Below the pieces are notes generated by a model. That model saw nothing but the letters and a program-made list of their open reading frames with translations. It did no database searches and was not told the origin of the DNA. The translations under genes and the position numbers were made by a program. A stretch of 64,000 nt of DNA, taken from Octopus bimaculoides (Eukaryota). Position 1 is the stretch's first letter, and every line of letters starts with the position of its first letter. Shown piece by piece: positions 38,825 through 52,320 of the stretch. The stretch spans positions 12,241,883-12,305,882 of the forward strand of contig NC_068992.1 in NCBI RefSeq assembly GCF_001194135.2, in the 5' to 3' direction.

Positions 38825-39245
38825 ATATACTTCTGGAAGATCCTTGAAGGACTTGTCCCAAATTTGACATCGAGAGTTACACAAATACTAGAACTGGGCG
38901 CCACTGCATAGCGCCAAGGTCTCCAAATTTGCCATTCAGATGTGTGACAAGATACTGCAATTGCCTGGGTTTGAGAGGTCCACAGCTCTTCAATATCCTC
39001 CCGAAGGACCTCAGAGACCTGCATGGGTGTAGGTGTCTTCAATATAAAGATGGACGTCTTACTATCATGTGTCCCAGATGAACCAACTTCGCGGCAGGAG
39101 GTGCGTATGAAGGCAACTGCATGAAACTCCATCATGCACCAAATGTCAATTCCTAAAAAGCATTCGTGAAGTTAAATTATGTAGTAACACCAAATAGCGT
39201 TGCCCCAGCATGGCCACAGCTCGTAAGCTGAAACTAGATATAATT
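38825..39245 (+). mobile_element. CR1-like LINE 3' end (ORF2 C-terminus plus 3' UTR)
   Basis: IYFWKILEGLVPN, GRHC, GPQLFNILPKDLRDLHG and VPDEP remnants, followed by the UTR motif gccccagcatggccacagc...gctgaaac. Confidence 0.85.
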
Positions 39246-39836
39246 TGAAATATGTAATTATGCTTCGTAAAGAATTCATAGAAAGTTGGTTCTCAACCTC
39301 TCCGTGTGAGACTAAATAAATCCAGGCGTTGTTCTGGAAGAGTCATCCAAACAATCATTATCATCATTGCTAAAGTTTAGGATCTACATATGGCACCACC
39401 AACTATATAACTGGGGCGGAGTCGGATGAGTCCATTTTGACATCAACACCATAAACTCTCGATCCTCCTTCTTGTATATTTTGCCTGGAAGACGGGAACA
39501 ATTCTCTTAGCCTCCACCTCGTCCTTAGTGAAGCTCGTAATTTTCCTAGGAAAGTTAAGCACTTTATACAGTTAGAACCGGAGACAAGCGGGATTGTAGT
39601 TGCCTTTGTGAAACTGTATGATCGATGTTCTCTTTTAGTTATCGTTATCATTCCTACCCATTGTGGACTTAATTTAGTGGTAGGATTCTACCTATTTCTT
39701 TACGTCGGGAATAACGATGTTCAATAGCATTTACTGATTCATATAAGATTTCAAGGGACGAATTCATTAAATGGTTGTTTTAGTATAAGGCCACTTGTTA
39801 ATGATGATGATGACGGTGATGATGATGATGATGATG

Positions 39837-39895
<59 letters not shown>

Positions 39896-41004
39896 AATTC
39901 ATTAATCCAATTTGCATCGAATATTATTTTATCGATTACAATAAGATTTTTAAGATAACAGTGACGGCTTTTCTGTCTTCAGAGTTGTGTCCTGTTATCC
40001 ACTGAATGTTCTGCAACTAGTGTACATACCTTAGCTCTCTTAGTGAAGTGAGTAATATCCGTCTTGTTGTATCCTTATGCATTTCGTTTTACACACGCCT
40101 ATGCCTATCATGTAGATATTCCCAGGTTTCTGGAAAATGCATTTTGTTTCAGCCTTTATTGTTTTCATACTATGTTCTTTACACTGATTTGTATATACCA
40201 GAATATAGCTGGGATTTTTTTTTCATTCTACAACACCCTTTTGTGATTTATGCATATAGAGCACTTTATCTATTAACATTTAAAAATCCTTGCATAACTT
40301 CCACTATATGTAAGTCCCAATTCTGTAATGCATGGAGAAGTAATATTTCTTTGCTAAAACTGTACAGATAGAGACAACGTGTTAAATTTTCTATTGCCTC
40401 ATCTTCAAGTGTTCCACAAATATTTAATGTATTCTGCTTCGTTACACGCGATTAATGTTTCCAGGTATGAAGACTTTGGGGATTACTTGATTACAGCATG
40501 ACCCCAGTCTCTAATTAGGGTCTTGTCAGTGCTTGCAACATTCACTCAGTTTAGAAATTAACATTTAACCCTGTTCGCAACTTCCGTTGTGAATACAGAT
40601 TTTTTTTCTTTAACTGAACAGGCATTGCTTTGTATTAGTTTGCTCCCTGGAAGGTAGAAAATAATTTCATTTTTTGTTCTGTTAGTGCTTTGTAGCATGC
40701 ATTATTAATCCATTATTTTTATTGATCAGTTCGACGATCAAACAATAAATGGTTTTAAGGGTTTAGGATTCTGCTTAAAGGCATGTACACACACACACAC
40801 ATGCACATATGCACGCACGTACAAACACACGCAAAAGACATACACTCGCACGTACACACATACATATGTATGCGGTATGTATACTGCATACATACATATA
40901 TGTATCTATATGCATATATATATCTGTTTATATATATATATAGATATAGTTATATTTAAACACATATATACATACATATATACATTTGTGTGTGCATGTG
41001 TGTG

Positions 41005-41093
<89 letters not shown>

Positions 41094-41374
41094 GACACTT
41101 TGATCTTTGCCTAAAGCCTCGTCCAGTTTAGAAATTTATCACAATCGATTGTCTTCCATCTATTCCTCTCCTACTTATTAATCGCAGGTACAACTTGTAT
41201 TCAGAAGAGTACATGTTGCTAAGTAAATCGTAATTGAGCGCAACTTGATCCTCGTTTCAATCATTTCTTTATAAAGATGCGATCACTTTCAGTATGAATT
41301 GTAAATATTATGAACAGTTATCGCTCAAATGATTAATTTAGGGCGGTAGGTTTAACTTACTTTATTCTGCTTAT

Positions 41375-41545
41375 CGTTATTCTTTTGTTGTTACAGCCAT
41401 TAGAAGTGGCCATTCTGGGCACCACCATGAAGAAGTTTACTTGAGCTAATCGACCCAAGATTATAGTTTTGAAGCCTGGTACATACCCTATCGGTCTTTT
41501 GCCGAACCGCTATGTTATGGTGATGGAAAGACCAATTTACCAAGA
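41375..41545 (-). mobile_element. Diverged SINE family B 3' part
   Basis: ggccattctgggcaccacc...aatcgacccaag...aagcctggtac...tatcggtcttttgccgaaccgcta. Confidence 0.75.
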
Positions 41546-42337
41546 TGAGGAGTGCTGAAAATTTCTTGGCTTTAGGGAAGAAAATAATACAGGAGGATAA
41601 GTTATTGCAGTTGTACTTTAGTTTTTCTAAACCCTATAAAGAACTCAGGAGGGTGGGTCTTCAAGCAGGCTTTCACGTTATACTTAAGGTCAGGAACTTT
41701 CCAACATCACCTGATACTTGTATACACATATATTTAGACAATTTTATGTTCTCCAAAATAGAGAAAAAGAAAAGTTCTAGCAGCAGTTATGAATATGAAC
41801 TGTCGAGATGGCAATATATTTGCTTCAGTAATTTATTAAATACACATAGGAATATAATATCTTAAGCCAGCAAATACAGAAACTGTCTTTCATTTTAAAC
41901 TAGGGCACGATTTCTGAAACTATACGCTCCAACGTTTCGCTACGCCCACCATAACGATCTCATTAACGTACAATCTTCATATCAAGGCAAGATTCCAAGT
42001 TGAAAATATTGGATAAGCTGTATGGCCTTGATTCCTCTAAGACTGTTTAATTGCATATTATGTAAATATCTATCATATTATCTTCTTCAATGTCTAAATG
42101 CGGGTCGTCATTTCCTAGACAAAGACAATTATAGTTCAATTTAGTTAGTGGTATTTATTCGGCACTCGTCATTATAATAGCATTGTATCCGGTCAAAAAG
42201 CGTACTTTTATCTGTTTACGTGTACATGTCCCCATATATATATATATAAATATATATATTATACACACACGCACACACACACACAAGCACGCACAAACAC
42301 TCACACACACACACCCACACACACACACACACACACG

Positions 42338-42378
<41 letters not shown>

Positions 42379-43444
42379 ATATGGAAACAAGTTGTTCTTT
42401 CCTAGGAACAAATTTTATCCAAACGCGCACTTTAACTCTATATCGATTAACGATATTGGAAATTCTACATATGTATATGTACTTGCGTTTATCGTTGGTT
42501 TTTCGATATTAGTACCTTAGAAATTCGAAATTCCACTTGTCGCTATAGATGTTTCCATGGTTTTCGATATATGAGAAAAAATGTTAACAATATAAATAGA
42601 GTAGAAAGTACATACATAGGATAACCAATTTCTTCAATATAATCGTCAATTTATATTGCCTACGCGACGTTTCAGTAAATTGCTTCAAACTATATTTATG
42701 AAGTTGATAACAGCAAAAACCTTTCTAAGGGCAAATCGACTGAAATATTTCGCATCCTAACAGATGGAGAGTTTCTTTCGACTGAATTGTAGCATGTGCG
42801 TTTTGCATTGTGTTCTGTATATATTTATACAAACCCACACTTAACACACAAATATATGTCTGTCATACCGGCCATGACGAAGTGAAATAGCCCTGAAACT
42901 CGAGTCGCCTTTATATACTTATATTTATATATTTGATCCTTTATATTGAACACTCAATATTTCATCTACATTCAATACTTTATTTCATGGTGTCATCCAT
43001 TTTTATTTTATTTTATTTTATATTATATATTGTATATTATATTATATATTGTATATTATATTATATATTGTATATTCCATATTCTATACCCCACATTGGT
43101 TCTGCAGGAATATAAATAAAACATAAAAATATAAATAAAACATAAAAAACAGACAGTGTTGGAACTCTTTTAAACACAATAATATATTCCTCNNNNNNNN
43201 NNNNNNNNNNNNNNNNNNNNNNNNNNNNNNNNNNNNNNNNNNNNNNNNNNNNNNNNNNNNNNNNNNNNNNNNNNNNNNNNNNNNNNNNNNNNNNNNNNNN
43301 NNNNNNNNNNNNNNNNNNNNNNNNNNNNNNNNNNNNNNNNNNNNNNNNNNNNNNNNNNNNNNNNNNNNNNNNNNNNNNNNNNNNNNNNNNNNNNNNNNNN
43401 NNNNNNNNNNNNNNNNNNNNNNNNNNNNNNNNNNNNNNNNNNNN

Positions 43445-43526
<82 letters not shown>

Positions 43527-43879
43527 CATATATACATAGGATATATAATACAAGTGTATTATATACATAAATGTAGATATGATATAACAGGCATGTATAT
43601 GTTCTTCAATTAGAAGTAGTGTTCATGCAGGATAAATTCATGCCCACGGATACTTGAATGCATGCATACACACACACACATACAAACATACATACATACA
43701 TACGTGCATATTCTTATACATATACATATGTACATACATACCTATGGGGGTGGAAGGCTTTAAACACTGATATAACTATTCTGCTTTAGTGAACTGAGGA
43801 AATGATTTGGCCTATTTCGTAAGAATCTGTCAAATGTTTTGTTAAGAGGCCAATTTACTAAATATTTACTACAACCACG

Positions 43880-43936
43880 CTTCTACTACTACTACTACGA
43901 CGACGACGACGACGACGATTACTACTACTACTACTG

Positions 43937-43972
<36 letters not shown>

Positions 43973-44010
43973 ATAATAATAATAATAATAATAATGAAAA
44001 TAATAATAAT
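43880..44010. repeat. Compound (TAC)/(GAC)/(TAA) microsatellite
   Basis: Direct inspection. Confidence 0.92.
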
Positions 44011-44322
44011 AATTAGGAGAGGGAGGAGTGGGAGGAAGAAGAGGAGGAGAGAGTATTGAGAGTAGAGAAAAACAGAAAACCGAAGAAAGAAGTACCAAAA
44101 GAACATGAAGAAGAACCTCGCTACAAGGGACTACATGATCATTTCCGTATAGACACAATATTAATTGCTGAAAAGAAAAAAAAAAGACAGTTGAGAATGG
44201 CCGATGAAAGGTATCCTAACAAAAGAGGCCGAGAGCACTATTCTGACAGCACAAGACCAAGGCTGTGACCACGGAGTGGATGGTCAACCTTAAGACGAAG
44301 GATGAGGCGGGGAGGCAATTTT

Positions 44323-44566
44323 TGTGTTGGCACTCCGTCGCTTACGACGTCGAGAGTTCCAGTTGATCCGATCAACGAAACAGCCTGCTCGTGGGGCGCA
44401 ATGGCCCAGAGGTTAGGGCAGCGGACTCGCGGTCATAGGATCGCGGTTTCGATTCCCAGAGCGAATGGTGTGAGTGTTTATTGAGCGAAAACACCTAAAG
44501 TTCCACGAGGCTCCGGCAGGGGATGGTGGCAAACCCTGCTTTACTCTCTCACCACAACTTTCTCTC
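44323..44566. mobile_element. SINE family A copy with internal inversion (minus-strand tail fused to plus-strand head and body)
   Basis: 44323-44393 is the reverse-complement tail as in 25596-25665. 44391-44566 is the head and body in plus orientation and runs into a gap. Confidence 0.9.
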
Positions 44567-44890
44567 NNNNNNNNNNNNNNNNNNNNNNNNNNNNNNNNNN
44601 NNNNNNNNNNNNNNNNNNNNNNNNNNNNNNNNNNNNNNNNNNNNNNNNNNNNNNNNNNNNNNNNNNNNNNNNNNNNNNNNNNNNNNNNNNNNNNNNNNNN
44701 NNNNNNNNNNNNNNNNNNNNNNNNNNNNNNNNNNNNNNNNNNNNNNNNNNNNNNNNNNNNNNNNNNNNNNNNNNNNNNNNNNNNNAATGAAATGATAATG
44801 TAATTATTTAAAAAAGAAAACATTTAAGTATACACTGTATACAATGAAAAGAACAGGAAATATAATGACAATAATAATAATAATAATAAT

Positions 44891-44967
<77 letters not shown>

Positions 44968-46867
44968 TAATAATAATAATAACAACAACTATTGTTATTA
45001 TTTTTCGTGATTATTATTATTTGAAATAAGGATGATTTATTTTTTTAATTATAAGAATTAATAGTAATAGTAATTTTAATAAGTAATTGAAATAGAACAA
45101 CCTTGCCATATATTTGGTCTCGCTAATTCTGCCTGAAAATTGCGAAGAATCTCTCCATTCAAATGCAGTAATGGAGATTTGGCATTTACTTCAACCGAGT
45201 TTAGAGACTATATTGAGAAACTATTTGGGTGGCTCGATTGTAATCATGTAATATATAAACATTGTTTCGTTTTCCTCGCAATATACACACATGATTATTA
45301 TTGAAGATTCAGCGGCTATTCGTGCATTTTAGCTAGATTTAGTTTCCCTAGAAATAAATTAACGAGGAATAAATATATTTCATGAAGAAACGCTAGCTTA
45401 AACGAAGTTCTCGTCAAGAATTACTGCCAGATAGATGTAATAAAGTAATGTAGATTTAAATTAACTGTTTTAAAAACACAATGAAATCCTTATATCGTAA
45501 TTGAACAGAGGAACTCATTACACATATAAGATTGAAATCTATTAGAGTACGAATAAGTAGGAATATTGGATTCAAGCTAAACCAGAGTGTATACACTAAG
45601 CCATATAGATTTAAACAATAATTTATTTCTAATCAGTATAACACAACTGGATACACGTGTTACTGACTAATAGTTCAAAGAGATAAATTGTAAACCGGTA
45701 GTACGGTCGGCTGGATGGCTGTTTGGTCGCGATCAACATTGCAAGGGGAACAACTTGTGGGTGAATAATCGACATTAAAAATCCGTCATTATAACTGTCA
45801 AGAAATGAAGAAGCATTATTCTATTTAATATAAACTTAGAGTGCAAAGTCTATGAAACGAATTATCTTCATAGTCATAAAGTTCTCGTTTATAAACGAAA
45901 CGAATATTAAATATGTAATTCATAGTTAATAACAAAATATACGTTCCTGTGAAAATGAGAAAATTTATATTGTGATTTCCATAAATTCGATATAATAAAT
46001 GAACTCAACCAAGTGTACAGACATGGAACAGATATATAGATATTTACATCTAAATCTCTCTCTATATATATGTATATAGACTCGTTTGTATATACTACGT
46101 ACGCATGCATGTATATATATAGTGTAACCACTATGTAATGTGCGTATGTATGTATGTATATATGCAAAAATGTACAAATATATTTATGTATATATGTACG
46201 TCTATTTATACAGGCATCTTGTTTCAATAAGGCAACTTCCTAAAATGTTAAGTTCTTACAACATATAATATAAACTTATATTCGAATATAACTTTTCCTT
46301 TCTGACATTAAAATCGTCTCCTATATAGAATCATTAGATTATTTGAAGCTATTGATTCAATTAATATTAATGTTACATACTTCATATATTCAAAGCTTAA
46401 TCTATGTTTGAGACGAAATTAATCAATTAAAAATTGTCTGTATGTTTATTGTCGTATTTATTTATGTTCCTCTTGTTCCTAGTAAAGTTTAGAGTTCGAT
46501 TGTGTAACTATCTAACCTATTCATGCCGATCACAATTCACCAAAAAGTTTATGTATCTATAATAAACATGATAGTAGTGTTTAATTAGTTCGAATTGAAA
46601 TACAAGATTCCATGTTCGAAACGACTCCCCAGAGATTATGGATTTCGTTTTTCTATCAGAAGAATGAGTTAAGTGAAACATTGTGACAGTAATAAGAGAG
46701 ATCTAAATTATATGGTAACCAGTTGTACACATACGCGCACAGGGACACACAAGCGCATATATGTACGTATGTGTGCGCGTGTGTGTTTGAGAGTATATAT
46801 ATTTGAGTGCGTGTGTGTGCGTGTGTGTGCGTGTGTGTGCGTGTGTGCTTGTATATATACACTTTTT

Positions 46868-47065
46868 ATCTTTTTATCATGTTTTACTTGTTCCAGTCAT
46901 TAGAGTGAAACCATGCTGGGGGTACGGCTCGATAGGGTTTCGTTCACGCAATCGAACAAAGTAATTTATGATAATTCTGTTATTTCTTTTCTCGGTCTGA
47001 TTTTGCCGAACCACTGACTTATGTCCGCTCGTCAAGTGGCTGAAGGGGGGATCAAACAAAAACAC
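46868..47065 (-). mobile_element. Strongly diverged SINE family B 3' part
   Basis: ttttacttgttccagtcattag...ccatgctggggg...ttttgccgaaccactga. Confidence 0.55.
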
Positions 47066-47193
47066 AAAGAAAGAAACACACGCAGACAAAGTCAGAGACA
47101 GACAGGTAGACAGTCAGGTAGACAGACAGATAGACAGACAGACAGACAGACAGACACACAGACAGACAGACACACACACACACATACACACAA

Positions 47194-47235
<42 letters not shown>

Positions 47236-47269
47236 GATATATGTATGTATATAATCTTTAATCTCTTTT

Positions 47270-47670
47270 ACTCATTTAGTCTTTTACCTGTTTTAGTCAT
47301 TTGACTGCGGCCATGCTGGAGCACCGCTTTTAGTCGATAAAATCGACCCCAGGACTTATTCTTTGTAAGCCTAGTACGTATTCTATCACTCTCTTTGGCC
47401 GAACCGCTAAGTTACGGGTTGTCAAGCGATGTTGGGGGGGGGGACAAGCACAGACGCACAAACATATACACACACATACATGTACACATATATATACATA
47501 TATACGACGGGCTTCTTTCAGTTTCCGTCTTCCAAATCCACTCACAAGGCTTTGGTCGGCCCGAGGCTATAGTAGAAGACACTTGCTCAAGGTGTCACGC
47601 GGTGAAAATGAACCCGGAACCATGTGATTGGTAAGCAAGCTACACACCACACAGCGACTCCTGCGCCTAT
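47270..47670 (-). mobile_element. Near full-length SINE family B (tRNA head, CORE-like domain, internal microsatellite, CR1-like tail)
   Basis: Reverse-complement head ataggcgcaggagtcgctgtgtgg...ggttccgggttca, then accttgagcaagtgtcttctactatagcctc (CORE-like; cf. ccttgggcaagtcacttaacctctc), a CA/TA tract, and tail gcggtgctccagcatggccgcagtc. Confidence 0.92.
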
Positions 47671-49099
47671 GCATGTGTGTACGCGTGCGTATGTGTGTAC
47701 CTATGTATATATATATATACGTACATATAAGCAAGTGTTGTATCTGTGGAATGAGTTAATATGCATTCATATGATGGTTACAACGTGCCATTCCCATGTA
47801 GACACACATTTCACACACACATTTGCACACACAACAGTACATTATACAAAATCTGTGCTGATACGTTATAACGGTACCTTTATGGTTACGTCAACATAAA
47901 TACAATTTTATACGAGTTTACTTATAACCGAGATTTATATTTGAAAGAATTCAAACACAACGCCCCTTTAAAGCCTCAACAATACGGGCTTATACAAATC
48001 GAGATACACATCCAAGCATATATATTTCCACGCATTTCATTAATTATGTATGGGTTTCTGTATGCGAGCTTGTGTCTCTGAGAGTGTTGTTTTGTATTTT
48101 GTGTACAATTTAGACTCTTTAAACTTTTTAATTACTTCCTCACAGGCATTGTTGTTAAAACTACAATTAATTAATTTTTAATTTAATATTCATCACTCTC
48201 TCTACGAATAAGTGATTTCTATATGAGCTATGATTTGATCATTGGTATTTATCATCTAGAAAGATAGTTGGACAGGATAAGATAGATAGATAAATATATA
48301 GGTAGATAGAAAGATAGGTAGATATATAGATAGATAGATAGATAGATGTATGAAACTATATATTCCGCTCCACATAAATATAATTGTATTTGTATATATA
48401 TATATACTTACATAGAAAATGTATAAGTATATATATATATATATATATGTATATACTTACATACAAATATATATATATATATATANNNNNNNNNNNNNNN
48501 NNNNNNNNNNNNNNNNNNNNNNNNNNNNNNNNNNNNNNNNNNNNNNNNNNNNNNNNNNNNNNNNNNNNNNNNNNNNNNNNNNNNNNNNNNNNNNNNNNNN
48601 NNNNNNNNNNNNNNNNNNNNNNNNNNNNNNNNNNNNNNNNNNNNNNNNNNNNNNNNNNNNNNNNNNNNNNNNNNNNNNNNNNNNNNNNNNNNNNNNNNNN
48701 NNNNNNNNNNNNNNNNNNNNNNNNNNNNNNNNNNNNNNNNNNNNNNNNNNNNNNNNNNNNNNNNNNNNNNNNNNNNNNNNNNNNNNNNNNNNNNNNNNNN
48801 NNNNNNNNNNNNNNNNNNNNNNNNNNNNNNNNNNNNNNNNNNNNNNNNNNNNNNNNNNNNNNNNNNNNNNNNNNNNNNNNNNNNNNNNNNNNNNNNNNNN
48901 NNNNNNNNNNNNNNNNNNNNNNNNNNNNNNNNNNNNNNNNNNNNNNNNNNNNNNNNNNNNNNNNNNNNNNNNNNNNNNNNNNNNNNNNNNNNNNNNNNNN
49001 NNNNNNNNNNNNNNNNNNNNNNNNNNNNNNNNNNNNNNNNNNNNNNNNNNNNNNNNNNNNNNNNNNNNNNNNNNNNNNNNNNNNNNNNNNNNNNNNNNN

Positions 49100-49172
<73 letters not shown>

Positions 49173-49829
49173 GACAGAGAGACAGAGAGAGACAGAGACA
49201 GAGAGACAGAGAGTGAGATAAACTATCCCACTACCAACTGCGATATCTCTCACCTTTCTCTCTTTCGCTCTCACCGTATGTTTAAATATATATATATATA
49301 TATATATATGCGCACACACACATATATATATATGATATACAGCTATGTATACTTATATCATATGCACAACAATTGTCTGTTTCCTTTGTAAATGTTATCG
49401 TCTGCTTCGTCTACGTCAGATTCTCTTAGAAAACTAATTGTTTATTTCTGAAATTCCAACAAATGTTTTGTTAAATAAATTTAATTTTAAGCACTTTTTC
49501 TAAGCAATTAAACTTTATTCATTTCCATATAACTGTATTTCTTTCGCTATTTTTTTTTTTAAATCCTTAGTTTAATCTTCATATTTTTGTATGTTTGTAC
49601 AAACACACACACACTCTGGTACGCACATACAAAAACAAACATACAAACACACAGACATATATATATATATATATACACACATGCGTATATATGTATATCT
49701 AAAAAAATAGATACACACTTGCATACCCACCCACACACACAAACACAACAACACACACAAACACACACACATATACACACACATACACAGACACAAAACA
49801 CACACATATATGGAAGCAATGGAAATAAT

Positions 49830-49870
<41 letters not shown>

Positions 49871-50093
49871 GTGTGCGTGCGTGCGTGCATGCACGTGTGT
49901 GTCTATGTTGTGTGTATGAATGTAAATACTCATACACACGCATACACCGATGTACGTGTTTCTGTGTATGTCTCTAAGAATGTGTGTGAGTCCAGCTGCG
50001 TGCGTGTGTGAGGGTGTTATTGTATTTGTGTCTATAGTTGCAAAGCTATGTATATATATTCACTCTACAATATGTATATGTTCTCTGTTGCAG

Positions 50094-50194
50094 GATATAC
50101 ACCATTTAATCTCTGGATTAACACTTTTGGGATTATTACTATACATTTTGGATTGAATTACTTATAGATGACTGGATTTACCCCAAATTTCCTG
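50094..50194 (+). CDS. Candidate exon (101 nt, or 27 nt from the TAG acceptor at 50167)
   Basis: atgttctctgttgcAG|g... and cctg|GTaagc are the best-matched splice pair seen. The 101-nt form has stops in all frames. The 27-nt form reads DWIYPKFP (phase 1) or MTGFTPNFL. Confidence 0.25.
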
Positions 50195-50277
50195 GTAAGC
50201 TGATTTACTTGCCACATTTTTACATTCCTTGGCTAGTGATATTTGTAATTATGAAGGGTGTGTATGCATGTTTACAA

Positions 50278-50324
<47 letters not shown>

Positions 50325-50953
50325 NNNNNNNNNNNNNNNNNNNNNNNNNNNNNNNNNNNNNNNNNNNNNNNNNNNNNNNNNNNNNNNNNNNNNNNNNNNN
50401 NNNNNNNNNNNNNNNNNNNNNNNNNNNNNNNNNNNNNNNNNNNNNNNNNNNNNNNNNNNNNNNNNNNNNNNNNNNNNNNNNNNNNNNNNNNNNNNNNNNN
50501 NNNNNNNNNNNNNNNNNNNNNNNNNNNNNNNNNNNNNNNNNNNNNNNNNNNNNNNNNNNNNNNNNNNNNNNNNNNNNNNNNNNNNNNNNNNNNNNNNNNN
50601 NNNNNNNNNNNNNNNNNNNNNNNNNNNNNNNNNNNNNNNNNNNNNNNNNNNNNNNNNNNNNNNNNNNNNNNNNNNNNNNNNNNNNNNNNNNNNNNNNNNN
50701 NNNNNNNNNNNNNNNNNNNNNNNNNNNNNNNNNNNNNNNNNNNNNNNNNNNNNNNNNNNNNNNNNNNNNNNNNNNNNNNNNNNNNNNNNNNNNNNNNNNN
50801 NNNNNNNNNNNNNNNNNNNNNNNNNNNNNNNNNNNNNNNNNNNNNNNNNNNNNNNNNNNNNNNNNNNNNNNNNNNNNNNNNNNNNNNNNNNNNNNNNNNN
50901 NNNNNNNNNNNNNNNNNNNNNNNNNNNNNNNNNNNNNNNNNNNNNNNNNNNNN

Positions 50954-50999
<46 letters not shown>

Positions 51000-51005
51000 G
51001 TAATA

Positions 51006-51077
<72 letters not shown>

Positions 51078-51116
51078 GAGAGTATTTTATTTCGCTTCAG
51101 GTATTGTATATTGTTT

Positions 51117-51472
51117 TTAAAGAATAAAAGACTTCTGAATGGTACATCAATGCACTATAATTGAAATAATGGGCTATATACTTGTAATTTAGCCATTCAT
51201 AGTCTGATAATATTTCGGAATAAAATTCCTTCTTCAGATATTCTTAGATGGAGTCGCTGCGATAATCTTTACTGTGACTTTATTTTATTGAACCTTGTCG
51301 GCCTAAATGTGAAACTGATAGCAGCATCGATTCCGTCTAAGAATATCTGAAGAAGGAATTTTATTCGAAATGTTATCAGACTATGGATGATTAAATTACA
51401 ACAGGTATATAGTCCAGTATTTGTATTATAGTGCATTGTTGTACCATTCAAAACTTTTTTTATTCTTTAATA
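51117..51472. repeat. Second long foldback inverted repeat (arms ~145 bp, spacer ~70 bp)
   Basis: ttaaagaataaaagacttctgaatggtacatcaatgcactataa...aaaattccttcttcagatattcttagatggagtcg pairs with the reverse complement of about 51322-51472; roughly 85% identity by eye. Confidence 0.9.
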
Positions 51473-51491
51473 ATAATGATGATAATAAATG

Positions 51492-51870
51492 AGCATCTCT
51501 GATCATGAACAGAAGTAGTGGGGCTGCATCATAGCCGTATGTTGAGAGGAATTCTTTGGTGTTTGGACAATTCACCCTAGGAAACACGGATGTTTCGCTC
51601 AGCATCCTTATATAACCCTTATTCGGGGACCTTTTGAACGGGATGGGCTATTCGAACTAAAGAAAATTCTGATTCGTCCCCACCGGCAATGTCATGTGCT
51701 GTTCATCTTGATATAAGATCACCATGTCGCACACATGTAGTTGTGATGCATGTGCCTGATGTGCCCTTATCAGACGGGTGGTCATGATGGGTATACTGGT
51801 CTTCGTATTTTAGTCCAGTGGCATTTTAATGGCATGCACTGCTCTCTTACTCAATAATAATAATAATATT
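51492..51870 (+). mobile_element. Unclassified retroposon 3' portion ending in (AAT)n
   Basis: A GC-richer block that starts after a TAA/GAT run and ends ...gcatgcactgctctcttactcaataataataataat. The family assignment rests on architecture only. Confidence 0.45.
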
Positions 51871-52094
51871 GTTGTTATTGTTGTTGTTGCCTTTGTTGTC
51901 ACTTCATAAATTTATTTTTATTTTTGTTATTTTCATAACAGTCGAAATTCTTTACTGTGACTTTATTTTATCGTCACTGGTCGACCTTTGAAATTCCGCT
52001 TTTATATTGTTGTGTCTATAGGGGTGGGTTAAATGCAGTTAGTATAATGCCAATCCGTACCCCAAATTTCTAACAGTATTCCTAATTTAGGATT

Positions 52095-52320
52095 ATTAGT
52101 TTTCATTAGCGCTAAGAGAATCGTTAATGTATCGGAATCGTTTGGGCGTCAACGTTTATTCCCACTATTTATACTGATTTCAAACTCCACCGCGATCCAG
52201 TTTGATTTCATTTGTTCAGGCTTGATAGAATAATGCTGCAGTCTATGAACTGGAGCCGAGCCAATCAGTTTATATATTCCCTCAAATATCTTGGCCTTGT
52301 TCCTAAATGAGCATCTATTG
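52095..52320 (+). mobile_element. Strongly diverged SINE family C copy
   Basis: gagaatcgttaatg...gatttcaaactccaccgcgatcc...cttggccttgttcctaaa. Confidence 0.55.

Noticed and set aside
39403-39651. 82-aa minus-strand ORF in a GC-richer block
   Set aside because: No recognisable motif in any frame; probably decayed repeat, unassigned.
44056-44300. 70-aa ORF faintly resembling an RTE C-terminus (RMADERYP...RGR)
   Set aside because: Similarity too short, and the upstream part is purine-rich low complexity.
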